DNA of 64,000 nt, from assembly GCA_030141605.1 (NCBI GenBank), contig JAQGDQ010001079.1, positions 787 through 64,786 of the forward strand, written 5' to 3'. This stretch comes from Tubiluchus corallicola. Its lineage: Eukaryota; Animalia; Priapulida. Positions within the stretch are counted from its first letter, which is position 1. Each line of letters begins with the position of its first letter. The position numbers were made by a program, and so were the translations under genes. Under the pieces are notes generated by a model that saw only the letters and a program-made list of their open reading frames with translations, did no database searches and was not told the DNA's origin. Below are positions 1-13,002 of the stretch, piece by piece.

Positions 1-11
1 CATTTTATGAT

Positions 12-81
12 CAGGGCCGGCCTTGAGCATCGGCAAACTAGGCAACCGCCTAGGGCCTCCAATTACCTAAGGCCGGCCCTG
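12..81. mobile_element. 70-bp minimal hAT-type MITE
   Basis: TIRs CAGGGCCGGCCTT (12-24) / AAGGCCGGCCCTG (69-81); 8-bp flanks TTTATGAT / CTTATGAT (7/8 match); related copy at 35013-35336. Confidence 0.8.
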
Positions 82-574
82 CTTATGATGTTACTTAGCA
101 ACAGTTTTCATAAGTGAATACTCATTCAAATGCTGGATGATGAAACTTGTTAGTCAAGATGTCGATCTTACACGCTGCTATTTTATACCTTTATCAGAAG
201 TCAGACGAGTTTCGTGACCTTGAAATCTGCCTCTAATGTCGCTATCTAACGAGTCTGGCTTTGTCATCGTCAGCATCATTGAAAGAGTTGAACTTGTGTC
301 ATCGCACAAGAATCACCGGATAATTTCACTCATACTGCATTTGATAAGAAAATTGAAATCTGTTTAACATGTTTTTTTCCATATTGATTATTTTGTGAAT
401 GAGATCTTTATAAGACAGAGTATTTAAATGTTTATGGAAAATGTTGCATTAAACTGCTCCTTCTGTTTATAGCCTTTCATTATTGCGTTAAATGATGAAC
501 CAGAACCAATCTTAAACTGCAGGTCAAAACAATCCCTCTTTAATATATTGAAAGCAGACTATTTTTTTTCAAAA

Positions 575-950
575 ATGGCTTATGTGAAGGAATTATTACC
601 ACACAAAAACTATTTCACGTTCGTGCCACTAGTTCGTCGCTGTTACTCGCATCCATTTGCTAATTTGACGGGCACTAGTGCTTGCATTTCTGAATTGTAT
701 TGCACAAGAAACAGGTGCTGTACCTTTCAGATCCGATGTGTTCGTTTGTGAAGAATTAAAGACGTTCAATTTGAGCACAGCAGTAAATTTGAAATTTGAA
801 TTTTTTATCTTACACAGTGGAACCTTAGTACAACACATTGTGTATATCTTACAGTAGCACTGTACTTCTGTTTTCACTTTCGCAAACACGTGCAACACGC
901 TCCTGGAATATTTTTGCTGTTGAAAATTATGTTAGTTTGTGATGTCATCG
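575..950 (+). repeat. Old unclassified interspersed repeat
   Basis: Diverged copies at ~8300-8560 (inverted), ~18420-18670 (downstream of ZnF stop) and ~44138-44316, sharing motifs such as GACGGGCACTAG and TGCACAAGAAACAGGTGCTGTACC. Confidence 0.65.
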
Positions 951-982
951 CCATTAATCAGAAACGTTTTCCCAGTATTATT

Positions 983-1163
<181 letters not shown>

Positions 1164-1426
1164 GAGGCAGTATGTTCGCATAAAGCAAAAAAATGTTACC
1201 TTGGCGCGAGGCCCCCCTGGAGGGTGAGGCCCTGGGGAAGTAGCCCCACTTCCCCCCTCCCCTTGAAATAGGCCCTGCGCGTACTACAGGTATTGTGTAA
1301 CTTCAGCACATCCTATTTTTTCTATTTTGACTCAATATTATCGATTATGTTCAATATAATAAGTATCTAGTCGTACAGGTCTCTTGTTTTCTGACTTACA
1401 ATGTTTTTTAAATTTTTTTTGAGCAG

Positions 1427-1549
1427 AGTGTATGGATAAACTAGATAACCCCGTTTACTGTGAATACTATGCTGATGCTGGTGAATGTGAGAAGAATCCA
1501 GGCTACATGTTGGACAACTGTCGTAAAACCTGCAAAATCTGCGTGACCA
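1427..1549 (+). CDS. Multi-ShKT domain protein, ShK exon A (gene 5'-incomplete)
   Basis: ttttgagcag|AG TGT ATG...ACC A|gtaagt; 123 nt, phase 1-1; CMDKLDNPVYCEYYADAGECEKNPGYMLDNCRKTCKIC fits six-Cys ShKT pattern; tandem acceptor could shift the start to 1424. Confidence 0.9.
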
Positions 1550-1670
1550 GTAAGTACGGATGTAACGTCAGAAAAAAGGAAACGCCAAACCTGCCTAAAG
1601 ATTTAGTCAAAATAAACTATTTTATTTAAAACAGCAACAAAGTTTCACAGCAATAGATTCGTCAGCTTAA

Positions 1671-2587
1671 AGCACAAGAAATCCCTCCACTTACTTAAGG
1701 CTTAAAAATTTCGTCTCGAAGTTTCATACCACTTACGTACTACATTTTCGTATGAACGGCTTGGATCGGCCATAACGCTGTATGAAACGTGTAAATTTAA
1801 ACTCCCGCGATGACCGTTAGGCGCAGCCATTTTAATGGTAGGTCGTTTGAAACAAGTTTTGATAACATTGAGTAAAGTTTGAAAAAATAATCAGAGCATT
1901 CGTAGCATACATGTTGCTAATTAAGCAAAATTTAAAATTTCTGTATCTTGTCAATAAGACGAAATATACATTTTTGGCTAGTGTGTGGCTCACCCTGGTG
2001 GGTAAGTCAACGACATTTTATCAACTGGCAAATACATTTTAAATTATTAGTCTAGTTACATACGTCTCTGAAGCTGGTAAGTGAAATGCTAAGTATATAT
2101 ATATGTATATATACCATTTTGATGACAAATAAACAATTAATATATATATATATATTAATTGTTTATTTGTCATTAAAATGGTTCACTCATTATAATAAAA
2201 TTGAATAAGCCTCAGCATAATGTTAAAATAACAACACTGTTCAAGATAAATGTGTCCAGTGCATATTAAAAAAACTAAAGTGCAAAACTAAGGCCTAATT
2301 ATATACAATAAATGAACATATTTACAAATACCATATTAAAATAATATAGATTTGCACGGAAAGTTTTTCGGGTCATAATTTAACATTGCCTTTTCTTCCC
2401 CTGATTTGCGTGGCGTAGTGACGTCATGTAATGGCGCCATCCGAACATTATTGCGAGAGATTTACAATGAAGACAAACAAAAATTCCGTTCAACGCGAAT
2501 ACGATAACGTGCATAAAATTGCTGTAAAGTCGTGTAATTTTTTAAGGCGATTTTTCTGAAACATACTTCAGGTGCCCCTTTTGTCCT
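1671..2587 (+). mobile_element. Kolobok/T2-like non-autonomous DNA transposon, interrupted by a LINE 3' fragment
   Basis: TTAA-AGCACAAGAAA...TTTTGTCCT-TTAC termini; homologous copies at 6724-7281, 14899-15530, 41548-42591. Confidence 0.75.
2140..2343 (-). mobile_element. 3' end of (TA)n-tailed LINE
   Basis: Matches the 3' UTR of the RT-bearing LINE at 24668-26070. Confidence 0.8.
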
Positions 2588-2703
2588 TTACTAAGTGGTA
2601 ATGTTACAGCTGATTACAACAGGGAGGCCCAGACTGAGCGGAGGCTAAGCAATGTCACAGGGGGGAATGTTGGCACAATTGAAGCCATATTGCTCTCATA
2701 TGG

Positions 2704-3044
2704 TGTGAAAGTCATGTTTAAAGTTGTAGATCGCTCACTTGTAGAACAAGAATAAACAACTATACTACATATTTGCACAGAAAAGTGTTTATTAGACTAC
2801 ATACACATGAATAAAATGGCTGCTGCACTGAACACTGAGAGTTAGACAGTGACTAGAAAGTAAAACCAGTCAATATATATAGGTATAGGTGATTATGCAC
2901 ACTTGTACAGGCTTCACAAAACCATTACTTTAGATTAGGGAGAGATCATTCACTGGACTGTACAATTATACTGGGGGTAAGTAGCTGGTAGAGTAAAGTT
3001 CATAGATGGCAGCACCTTAAAAATGTACAATTACAACTTCCACA
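2704..3044 (-). mobile_element. Solo LTR
   Basis: TGTGAAAGT...ACTTCCACA termini; perfect 5-bp TSD TATGG; homologous to 29396-29818 and 37953-38379. Confidence 0.85.
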
Positions 3045-4459
3045 TATGGATCACTCTCTTAATGCAGTTATTTGTAGGCTTAATGTTCACTTGTAATATG
3101 TAATGTGTAATGTGTTAAATAATCAAAATTATTCAAATAGGAGATGTTACCGAAATTTTAGCTTCAGTTTGCTGATAATTAATTGCATTTACGCTCAAGT
3201 TTGGGTTCGGCGAAATTTATTAAGTTTCGGTCGCATTTTTCACTAGTTTTACTAGTATTTATCCAATTTGCCTTTTCTTTTCCCCTGGACGTCAAAAACT
3301 GTGGAAAAATCTTGCCAAAATAATCCATATAAAACAAAAATTTCGTTTACATAACCGTCTTTCACAGCAATGTGGCATATCTTCAGTGCTGACCGCTGCG
3401 AAGTTCTGGGATCTCCAGGCCCAATCAATCAAAATATCAAACCACGTTTGAATTTATTTCAGCAAAATCGTTTTTAATTTTATAATTTATGAAATATAGG
3501 CAACAAAATGTCATTTTAATATCATCTTTAAACATTAATCATTAAGGATACTTAAATCCAAAAACATTATAACACATTTTCTAAGGTAAACCACTCCATC
3601 AAACTTGAGGTTCTTTGGAAAAAACTTCCTCTTCATTTTTGTATTAGAATTTTTTTCAAAGCAAATAAAAGCAAACAAACAAAAAAGAAAAAAATTACTT
3701 GTTAGAATTTTTTCAATTTTTATAAAACCGTTTTTGCAAAAATGTTTCGGTTCTGTTTCGATTCGCTCTCGGGTTTTCTACGTTTCAAAAACTTGTTTCG
3801 TTTTGTGAATTCCGTTTCGGTAACATTCCTGCATGCTAGAGAGGTGACACTTTGTTTTTAATATTTTCGTAGTATTACCTATTAGAAAAAATGCTGTGAA
3901 CATTGACTTATATAATCTGTAGGGAATTTCGCTAAGTATCTCGTTGGTCACGTGACCACGATCACTCACCTGTGCAGATTTGTTTCTACCTGGACAAGTG
4001 AGTGAGTTGGTAGATGTTAACAGGCTTCTTTAAAAGTAGTTTTTCACAGTATGATAGTGACATAATTTGTCAGACATGTTGGTAAACACTAGATTTGCTT
4101 TATGGAGACATTCGATGTAAGTAAATACATCATTTTGTATTAATTTGATTGAACTGATCACTTTGAACATTTTAGTTTAATTAATGACAATCTTATAATT
4201 CGATAGAACGTGTTACATAGTATAAATTACTAAAATTACCAAATTAGATTTACTTAATCCTCGTGTTTAGTAAAGTCTAGAACTACAGAATTTAATGCAA
4301 ATTTGTAAAATGGCCTTTTTATTTATTTTTCGTATAAAACGCTGCAATATTTTGTTGGAATATGGCGGACATTGATTGTAGTACATAATCATTGCTGCTT
4401 TTTCGGTACTTGCTAGATCTTACTGCCATATTCGTCATTGTTTTCATTCGTTGTTACAG

Positions 4460-4585
4460 ACAAAACGGATGTGTGTAAGAACAACAATGTGTACTGCGAA
4501 TACTGGGCTTCAGAGGGTGAATGCAAGACAAAACCTGATTTCATGCTGTATCAGTGTAAAAAAGCGTGCAATGTTTGTGTCAGCG
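4460..4585 (+). CDS. Multi-ShKT protein, ShK exon B
   Basis: ttgttacag|...|gtaagt; 126 nt, phase 1-1; KTDVCKNNNVYCEYWASEGECKTKPDFMLYQCKKACNVCVS. Confidence 0.92.
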
Positions 4586-4806
4586 GTAAGTGCCGATGAT
4601 TAGATTATTTTCTGTTTCCTATTCTTTTTTTGTCTGTCAGTAACCAGGTACAGAAACTGAAATTGTAAACATGAATCCAATATAAAACATTCTGTTCATG
4701 AACATCTACAAATGGTACATTACTGTCACAACATGCTAAATTAATGCTTTGCTTTTTTCATTACTATTCATCTAATTATTGGTTACCCGCCTCTTTAAAT
4801 TGCTGC

Positions 4807-5078
4807 TATAGGTTTTACATGTCAAATGTAGACCTGCGTTAACTCAAATGTAGATTTAGGTAATTCAAATGTGTTAACAATGGTTTTCAACAAATCTTAA
4901 GCGTTTTTGGTAAGTCAAATGTAGACACATGTCAAGTCAAATGTCCTATGTCTACATTTGACTTACCTAAGTCACATTTGCATTACCAAAACACATTCGA
5001 AATTCCTGTGTCTACATTTGACTTACCTGAGTCACATTTGAACTTTCCTGTGTCTACATTTGACGTGTAAAACCTATA
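4807..5078. mobile_element. Palindromic MITE with subterminal repeats
   Basis: TATAGGTTTTACATGTCAAATGTAGAC ... GTCTACATTTGACGTGTAAAACCTATA; internal TCAAATGT/ACATTTGA repeats in inverted arrangement. Confidence 0.75.
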
Positions 5079-5156
5079 TTACATGCCTATAAAGCACATT
5101 AGTTAGCATCTTGTTTTGCTGCTTTATGTGTCATTTTTAACTTTTTTTGTGATTAA

Positions 5157-5532
5157 CCCTTTCATACCCGTTGTATCCCGTGGGATACGAGAACATTTTC
5201 TGCCTTTAAAATTAATAAAATTGTAAAACTGACAGTTATTTGATCTGTTAATAGTTATTTTGATTTAAGCCAATAACAATAGACTAAAAAATGGTGATGA
5301 AATAGCAGACTAGAAAATCTACATAGCATAAAAAACTGTGCAAGGTGCAGTACTTTAGAGACGACTTTGTACAGATCAGCATAGCATGCATGGTAAATGT
5401 CTTAAAAAAGTCGGAGATTGTTTTTTTTTGCATATGACAAAGAATGTTGTGTATCCCACAGGATACATTGGGAACAAAAGTACCAAGCCAAAATTTTTGT
5501 CTTATTAAAAAAATAATTTGAGACTGAAAGGG
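5157..5532 (+). mobile_element. piggyBac-like MITE
   Basis: TTAA-CCCTTTCA...TGAAAGGG-TTAA; copies at 21236-21673, 27471-27873, 47510-47966. Confidence 0.85.
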
Positions 5533-5620
5533 TTAATGCAAAATTTCACGCTAGATGTCGCAGCTCAATCAACTATCACCGTCGTATGTTTGAAGAGGAT
5601 GAAAATGTTATTTTAAAGTA

Positions 5621-6124
5621 CAGTGTTGCCTCGTTACTTCGCGGTTCGTTCATCGCGGACTCGCTGTTTCGCGGGTTTTCAAAAATATTAATGTAAAATA
5701 TTTATCGCGATGTTTTCGCTGTTTCGCGGGTTTTTGCAGTAGTCCGTCTAAAGTATTTTTGCGCCTGCGTAGTACGAATTGTACAATAATGTATAGACTT
5801 GATGAATTCATCATCATCATTCTAGCTGTAGGACGTATCTTCAATGGTGAGTGCCCATGTCGAATTTTAAAGTTACGTATCTAGGTTTAAGAGTTTAAAA
5901 CATTTTTATGAACATTTAAGTAAAGTTTTTTAAAAGGTACATGTACAGTATCGGAAAATTTATTAAGGGAATGGGAAAGGGTTATGTATAAGAGTGTGGG
6001 GAGGGTTTATAAAGACTTAAAATAATGTATAACTACTAAAATAAGTATAGCGTCCCTACTTCACGGAAATTCACTATTCGCGGGTGGGCCTGGAACGGAA
6101 ACCCTGATAAATAAGGGAAGACTG
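5621..6124. mobile_element. Tc1/mariner (pogo/Tigger-like) MITE
   Basis: TA-CAGTGTTGCCTCGTTACTTCGCGG...GGGAAGACTG-TA; TA TSD. Confidence 0.7.
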
Positions 6125-6310
6125 TATTTCGTACCAGTTTACATAGAGATGCTATTACAGCGATGCTTTGTTTACATGTTCTGCATGTCAAACAGTAATA
6201 CCTAATGCCACAAAACTTGACTTGTATATTCAGTGTTGCTGTTTTGGTATTACTTGAAACTTGATTGTAACTTTTGTTGCTGTTATTGTTATTGTTTTTG
6301 TTGGTTGCAG

Positions 6311-6436
6311 AGGGACCAGATGTGTGCAAGGACAGCAACGATAACTGCAAATTCTGGGCTGAGTTGGGTGCTTGCGAGAAAAACCCGGATTACATGAAGT
6401 ATCAGTGTAGAAGAGCCTGTAAAATTTGTGAAAGCA
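6311..6436 (+). CDS. Multi-ShKT protein, ShK exon C
   Basis: ttggttgcag|...|gtaagt; 126 nt, phase 1-1; GPDVCKDSNDNCKFWAELGACEKNPDYMKYQCRRACKICES. Confidence 0.92.
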
Positions 6437-6723
6437 GTAAGTACAGATGATTCGCAGTGAGTATGTATGACTAAGAGTACATACATACATACATGGTGAC
6501 ATGACATCAGCGTGAGGTCATAACCATGAGGTCACCGTGAGCTCATGACTTGAGCTCAGCATGATGTCAGTATGATCTAACAAGACGGTTAACAAACGTA
6601 GCTCAATACGAGTTCATGATTTTGGTCTCATGAGCTCAAGCATGAGGTCACTGTGACATCACTATGACATCACGTTCTTGACCTAAGACAGATGATTACG
6701 TTTTGTACAAGTTAAGAACTTAA

Positions 6724-7281
6724 AGGACAACAAAAGGGGTACCTGAAGTCGGTGTCAGTTAAAAATTATATTACTTTGCAGCAATTTTATGCACATGTCG
6801 TACTTGCATTAAAAGGAATTTTCGTTTGTCTTCATTTAAAATCTCCCGCTATGCTGTTCCGACTGCGCCATTACATGACGTCACCTATGCAAGCGTAAAT
6901 CAGGGGAAGAAAATGCAATGTTAAATTATGTCCCATGAAACTTTCCATGCAAATCTATGTTACTTAGCATTTCGCTTACCTGCTGGAAAGATGTTATGTA
7001 ACTAGAAATAATAATTTAAAATGTTTGTGCCAATTGGTAAAATGTCATTGACTTACCCTTCAGGGTGCACCACTCACCAACCAAAAACATTTTTTTCTTA
7101 TTGACAAGATACTGTAATTTAAAATTTCACTTAGTTAGTGACATTTATGCTACGACTGCTCTGATTATTTTTTCAAACTTTACTCAATTTCATCTAAACT
7201 TGTTTCGAACGACCTACCATCAAAGTGGCTGCGTCTAGCAGTCATCGCGGGAGTTTTAATTTGCACGTTTTATACAGCGTT
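6724..7281 (-). mobile_element. Kolobok/T2-like MITE, partial
   Basis: TTAA-AGGACAAC terminus; reverse complement of 1671-2587. Confidence 0.7.
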
Positions 7282-7523
7282 GATTTAGATAATAAACATT
7301 TATAATAATGATAATAATAATAATAATAATAATAATAAAAGTAATAGTAATAGTAATAGTAATAGTAATAATAATAATAGTATTAGTAATAATAATAATA
7401 ATAATAATTATAATAATTTACTTCGATGAATAATTATCTGTATTTTAGTGATTATTGCATTCTGCAGTGTGGAAATGAATCAACTCTTGAAACTATACTA
7501 ACTGTTGTTTTCGCTGCTTTCAG

Positions 7524-7649
7524 ATGAAACAGAACCGTGTGTGAACAAGAACCAGCAGTGCTCGTACTGGGCCACCTTGGGTGCATGCGACAACCACGCA
7601 GATATGATGAAGTATGAGTGTCCAAAAGCTTGCAGAATTTGTGAGAGCG
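7524..7649 (+). CDS. Multi-ShKT protein, ShK exon D
   Basis: ctgctttcag|...|gtaagg; 126 nt, phase 1-1; ETEPCVNKNQQCSYWATLGACDNHADMMKYECPKACRICES. Confidence 0.92.
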
Positions 7650-8871
7650 GTAAGGATGATTAGGATAGGGGACAGGTATAGACCACCTGCTGTTGTTTGT
7701 AGGTGTAGAAACCTCTATCTCACTACTGTTTGCCATCTTTCTTCTTACATATTGTTGCACAGTCCAGGGTTCAAATCTGGATCAGTGAAACCTTGTTGCA
7801 GACAAAATGTTTGTAGTCACGGAAACACTGTCAACAGAGGTTAATACCACTGAATGCTTTATTGTAACATAATCAGTACATGAATGTCCCACATATCCCA
7901 TAAAGTGGATTAACCTGACTGTTCAGAGCACAGGTGAGTAAAACAGACAGGTGACTAGCAGGTAACAAACTGAAAAACTGACCAAAACCAAAAGCTTTAC
8001 ATTCCCGCCACAGATGGCGCCTCGTGTACGAATTTGTAGGTAAGATTAACAAAAAAGCTAAGTCTGCTTTTAAAACAACATTGTAGATGAGAAAATAGAG
8101 AAGAAATGTGAGGTTTCGAACAGGTAATTAAGGCGAAAACTAACCAGGATGTTTTCCTGCGTTGCTCATGCTGATCATGATTACGGAACAGGTGCTTGGG
8201 TCGTGTACGCACCTGTCCATCTGCAGACTGAACCGACGAAGCCATGCCATACCTGCTATGCAGTGCTGATGTTTCGCAATTTGACACTCCCAAGGTTTAA
8301 GGCAAGTTTTAGGATAAAAATTCAAATTTCATATTTGGCGCTGTATTCATGTATGAGGTGTTCAACGTGTACAGCTTGTCACAAACTAACACATCTGAAC
8401 AGAGCGGTACAGCACCTTTTTTTGTGCAACGTGTTTTCAAAATGCAGGCGCTAGTGCCTGTCTATAACTAGCGAATGGCAAAATGCGTGTAACAGCAAAG
8501 AACTAGTGGCGTGAACGTGAAATTGCGTTTGTGTGATAATAATTCTTTCTCGTATGCTATTCTTGGTATATCTAATAAACGACGTTAGGCCTTTCTGTAT
8601 TCAGTCTCCAGTATTTAACTCAAATTAACTACTTCCATAAAACAAGGAACAATCAGCTTTGGTTGTATCATATTGTTGTGAACAGTTTTGAAATAACAAA
8701 GTGGTGTGATAACTGCTGTTATAAATTCTGGTTTGCATATTACTACATCTATTTCACAGGTTAAAATATGGCCAAGACGTTCTATTTTATTAAACCATTT
8801 AATAACTCATGACTTGTAGAAAAAAGGCTTTCAACCTTATATTATATATATATAATATAATATAAGGTTGG

Positions 8872-9210
8872 TATATATTAATTCTTTATTTGTCATTAAA
8901 ATGGTTCACTCATTATAATAAAATTGAGTAAGCCTCAGCGTAATGTTAAAATAACAGCACTGTTCAAGACAAATGCGTCCAGTGCAGACTAAAAAAAACT
9001 AAAGTGCAAAACTAAGTCCTAATTATATACAATAAATGAACATATTTACAAACACCATATTAAAATATTTTTACAAAACAATATTACAAAAGTACCTTAA
9101 ATTTTACATGACATATTTTACACTATATATACATTTAACATGACACAATTAACAGAAACATGCTTTACATTACATGAATTTCACTCATTACATTTACACT
9201 ATTTATACAT
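8872..9210 (-). mobile_element. 3' end of (TA)n-tailed LINE
   Basis: Near-identical to ~24670-25000. Confidence 0.8.
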
Positions 9211-9301
9211 GTACCCTTAATCTATATGCTCAATGTTGCTGTTTTGTTGCCACTCGAGACTTGATTGTAACTGTCATTGTTGTTGCTTGTGTTGCTTGCA
9301 G

Positions 9302-9427
9302 ATGAACCGGATCCGTGCGAGGATTTCAACGAGTTCTGCGAGTACTGGGCCGACATCGGTGAATGCGACAAAAAAATGGGTTTCATGAAGTATCAGTGTA
9401 GAAAGTCTTGTAAAATTTGTGACAGCG
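9302..9427 (+). CDS. Multi-ShKT protein, ShK exon E
   Basis: ttgcttgcag|...|gtaagt; 126 nt, phase 1-1; EPDPCEDFNEFCEYWADIGECDKKMGFMKYQCRKSCKICDS. Confidence 0.92.
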
Positions 9428-9496
9428 GTAAGTTGGGATGATTTAGTTGTAGGCAGGCTAACAAGTTAATGCAGTTTTCTGCATGGGTATATATAT

Positions 9497-10107
9497 ATAT
9501 AGAAAAGCAAAACACATTGAATTTTAGTACCAAAATATAGAAAAGCAAAACACATTGAATTTTAGTACCAAACTATAGAAAAGCAAAACACATTGAATAT
9601 TAGTACCAAAATATAGAAAAGCAAAATACATTGAATATTAGTACCAAAATATAGAAAAGCAACTCACATTGAATATTTGTACCAAAATATAGACAAGTAA
9701 AACACATTGAATTTTAGTACCAAAATATAGAAAAGCAAAACACATTGAATTTTAGTACGAAATATAGACAAGTAAAACACATTGAATATTAGTACCAAAA
9801 TATAGAAAAGCAAAACACATTGAATATTAGTACCAAAATATAGAAAAGCAAAACACATTGAATTTTAGTACCAAAATATAGAAAAGCAAAACACATTGAA
9901 TTTTAGTACCAAACTATAGAAAAGCAAAACACATTGAATATTAGTACCAAAATATAGAAAAGCAAAACACATTGAATATTAGTACCAAAATATAGAAAAG
10001 CAAAATACATTGAATATTAGTACAAAAATATAGAAAAGCAAATCACATTTAATATTAGTACCAAAATATAGACAAGTAAAACACATTGAATATTAGTACC
10101 AAAATAT
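9497..10107. repeat. 38-bp minisatellite, ~16 copies, intronic
   Basis: Unit AAAATATAGAAAAGCAAAACACATTGAATWTTAGTACC. Confidence 0.95.
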
Positions 10108-10726
10108 CTGACTTCATTTTTCAAGTCCAACCGTGTTCCCGACCCAGGTTCTACAGCGTCTGTATCTACTGTAATTTAATTTAATTTTTAATGAAGTTTC
10201 CGTTGCTATAGCTTTAAGTTAAATGCCAGTTGGGAATAAATAAATCGTTATTCTTGCTCGCAAAATACTGTTTAGTTTTTTTTTCAAAATTATACGTTTT
10301 TTAAACAGTTAAGTTCCGCCATTATATACAGTCGGCCAACCCCTCCCCCAATTTTTTTTGGTGCACGACGCCCCTGTCTGCAGCCTGCTTGAATGTAAAT
10401 GCTATGCAAATACATGTATTTAATAATGTCACGTAGAAACTATGTTAATATTGTTTCTAATACACCACAAGTAATTGTTTAATCTGCTCATTATATAAAC
10501 AACCATAAATTCACAGTATAGATAGGCGGGAGAGAACTGCCAACCTAGGGAGTCGTAAAGTCTTGATACGCCAGTGTAAAATGTTAATGCAGTGATGTTT
10601 TTTTTTTACTTTTTCTTGCTGTATTACCTAAAAAAAGAGCCATTTACTTTGACAATTGTACTCAATGTTTGTTTTTACTCTAGGCTTGATTGTAACAGTT
10701 GTTGTTACTGTTTTCGTTGCTTACAG

Positions 10727-10849
10727 GTAAAAAAGATGTGTGTTCCGACAGAAGTGAGCACTGCCCTCACTGGGTGGAAAATAATCAATGCGAGGAACAC
10801 CCTAATGTAATGCGGTTTCAGTGTAAAAAATCTTGTAAATTTTGTACAG
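10727..10849 (+). CDS. Multi-ShKT protein, ShK exon F
   Basis: ttgcttacag|...|gtaggt; 123 nt, phase 1-1; KKDVCSDRSEHCPHWVENNQCEEHPNVMRFQCKKSCKFCT. Confidence 0.92.
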
Positions 10850-11622
10850 GTAGGTTGACTGAGTGATGTTTAATCTTCACATTGTGCGTCCACAATGCAT
10901 TTGCACAACTCATGTGATTTATATCAGTAATTGTATGCTCGCGTAGCAAAATCGTCCATAAGCTTTGCTAGTTATTCACATGATCCTAAATCTCCATTTC
11001 AAGAGAATAATTTTGATACCAAGTTAATCATTCTATGTTATTTCTAAGCTGAGATAATCCACGTTGAAGTTGAGGTGCAGGCTTCACACTGAAAAGCATA
11101 ACCTTGAGAAAATCGCTGTTAAAGTTAGCCTGTGGCGGATGACTTTGGTTAAAAAACAACGAAGATTTCTCTTCTTGTTATAGGGGCTTGGATTAGTGGA
11201 AATGATAAAAAATTTTCTAAAATTTTGATCGCTAAAATTGGTACTATTATTTACATGACAATCGAACGGAAGTAATTACGGCTGATCTCAACGACCATAC
11301 ACAACGTGAATGCAATGCTACGAAAATGCAATGCAATAAACTCCAGTAGGTACTCGTCTGCTTTCTTGACCGAGAAATTCTCTGACTGACCATCTGAAAG
11401 GAATCACCCCGAATGTGCTTTTTTTTGGGTTCAATCCTGGGGCCAAGTCATACAAAAAACTTAAAGCTGGAAGCACTATGCAGGTTATAGTAAAAACTGT
11501 TACATGATTATTTGATGTGGTAGACATCAGTAAACGACTCATTCGAAAAGACAGCTATTGGCTATCAGAGCTTATAAGTATAGTCAGTTAATGTTATTGT
11601 TGATGTTAGTATTATTATTGGT

Positions 11623-12042
<420 letters not shown>

Positions 12043-12115
12043 TGAAAATTGACTGACTAACTGACTGACTATGGTTGACTGATTGATCTTGATTAAATTA
12101 TTGTTGTTTGTTTAG

Positions 12116-12144
12116 ACGTTGAGGAAACAACAACAACTAGCTAA
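12116..12144 (+). CDS. Multi-ShKT protein, terminal coding exon (DVEETTTTS*)
   Basis: ttgtttgtttag|AC GTT GAG GAA ACA ACA ACA ACT AGC TAA; phase matches exon F; AATAAA at 12477-12482. Confidence 0.7.
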
Positions 12145-12642
12145 CTTATGGATGACAATGTATGCTGCCGATGTGTTTTCAGAGATGCATGGCGTGGAAG
12201 ATGATTTGAATGCAAATGCTCAAAGTATTGAAGACCACTTGCTGGTCATTTTCTTTTTGACTCCCATTTGCATTAGAAAATTAAATGTTTAATTAAAAAG
12301 TCAGTTTAATTGTTTTTTTGTGAGAAAATGTTAATTTAACTCAACTATATAGCAGAAACATTTATAATTATCACTGTAAGCAAATTCCATTTAACCAGAA
12401 TGATATTTGTTTTTGTTGTAATTAATTGTTTGGCATTATGTGAAAAATTTGATGTTGTGTTAAAAGTTATGTGCTGAATAAATCTTACAGTTATCAGCTT
12501 TTGCATCTTTTCTTTTTCAAGTATGAGTTGTCGCTGTAAACAGAATTATGCAAAATGATACATCAGTCAATGTTGTTCACATCTCATGCGACTGCAAATA
12601 CTGTAATTACAATTTCATTGTTGTGCCTGATAAACTTGCTGG

Positions 12643-13002
12643 TAGGTGTGAGCATTCTCTGCCAGAAAGCGAATTCAAATTGAATCGAATTTGTGACTTT
12701 CGAATTCGATTCGAACTGATTTTCGCTATTTCGAGTTCGAATTAAGGTTGAAAGATTTTCGAACTACCAGTAAAAATTAGTCTTAAGAAGAACATGCATA
12801 TTATTTTATTTTGTTCTGCATTTAATCCCCTAATAAATTGTACACAGAAATCACAGCTAAATTATGCTAATTGCATGATGTTTTGATCATTTTAGTGATA
12901 AAGAATGTGATTGAAGTGCTGAAATACTCGAATCTATAGTTTTATGTTCGAATCGAATTCTAACTAAAAAACTCGTTCGAATTGAATTCAAACGTTCGAT
13001 GC
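12643..13002 (+). mobile_element. Empty ~360-bp copy of the TAGGGGTGAGCAT hAT-type MITE family (3' TIR eroded)
   Basis: Starts TAGGTGTGAGCATTCTCT; TTCGAA-rich subterminal repeats; aligns with 20477-20724 and 26065-26397. Confidence 0.8.

Noticed and set aside
1432-1629. Stand-alone 65-aa ShK toxin ORF
   Set aside because: The first Cys lies upstream of the ATG, there is no signal peptide, and the ORF reads through a GTAAGT donor; it is an internal exon.
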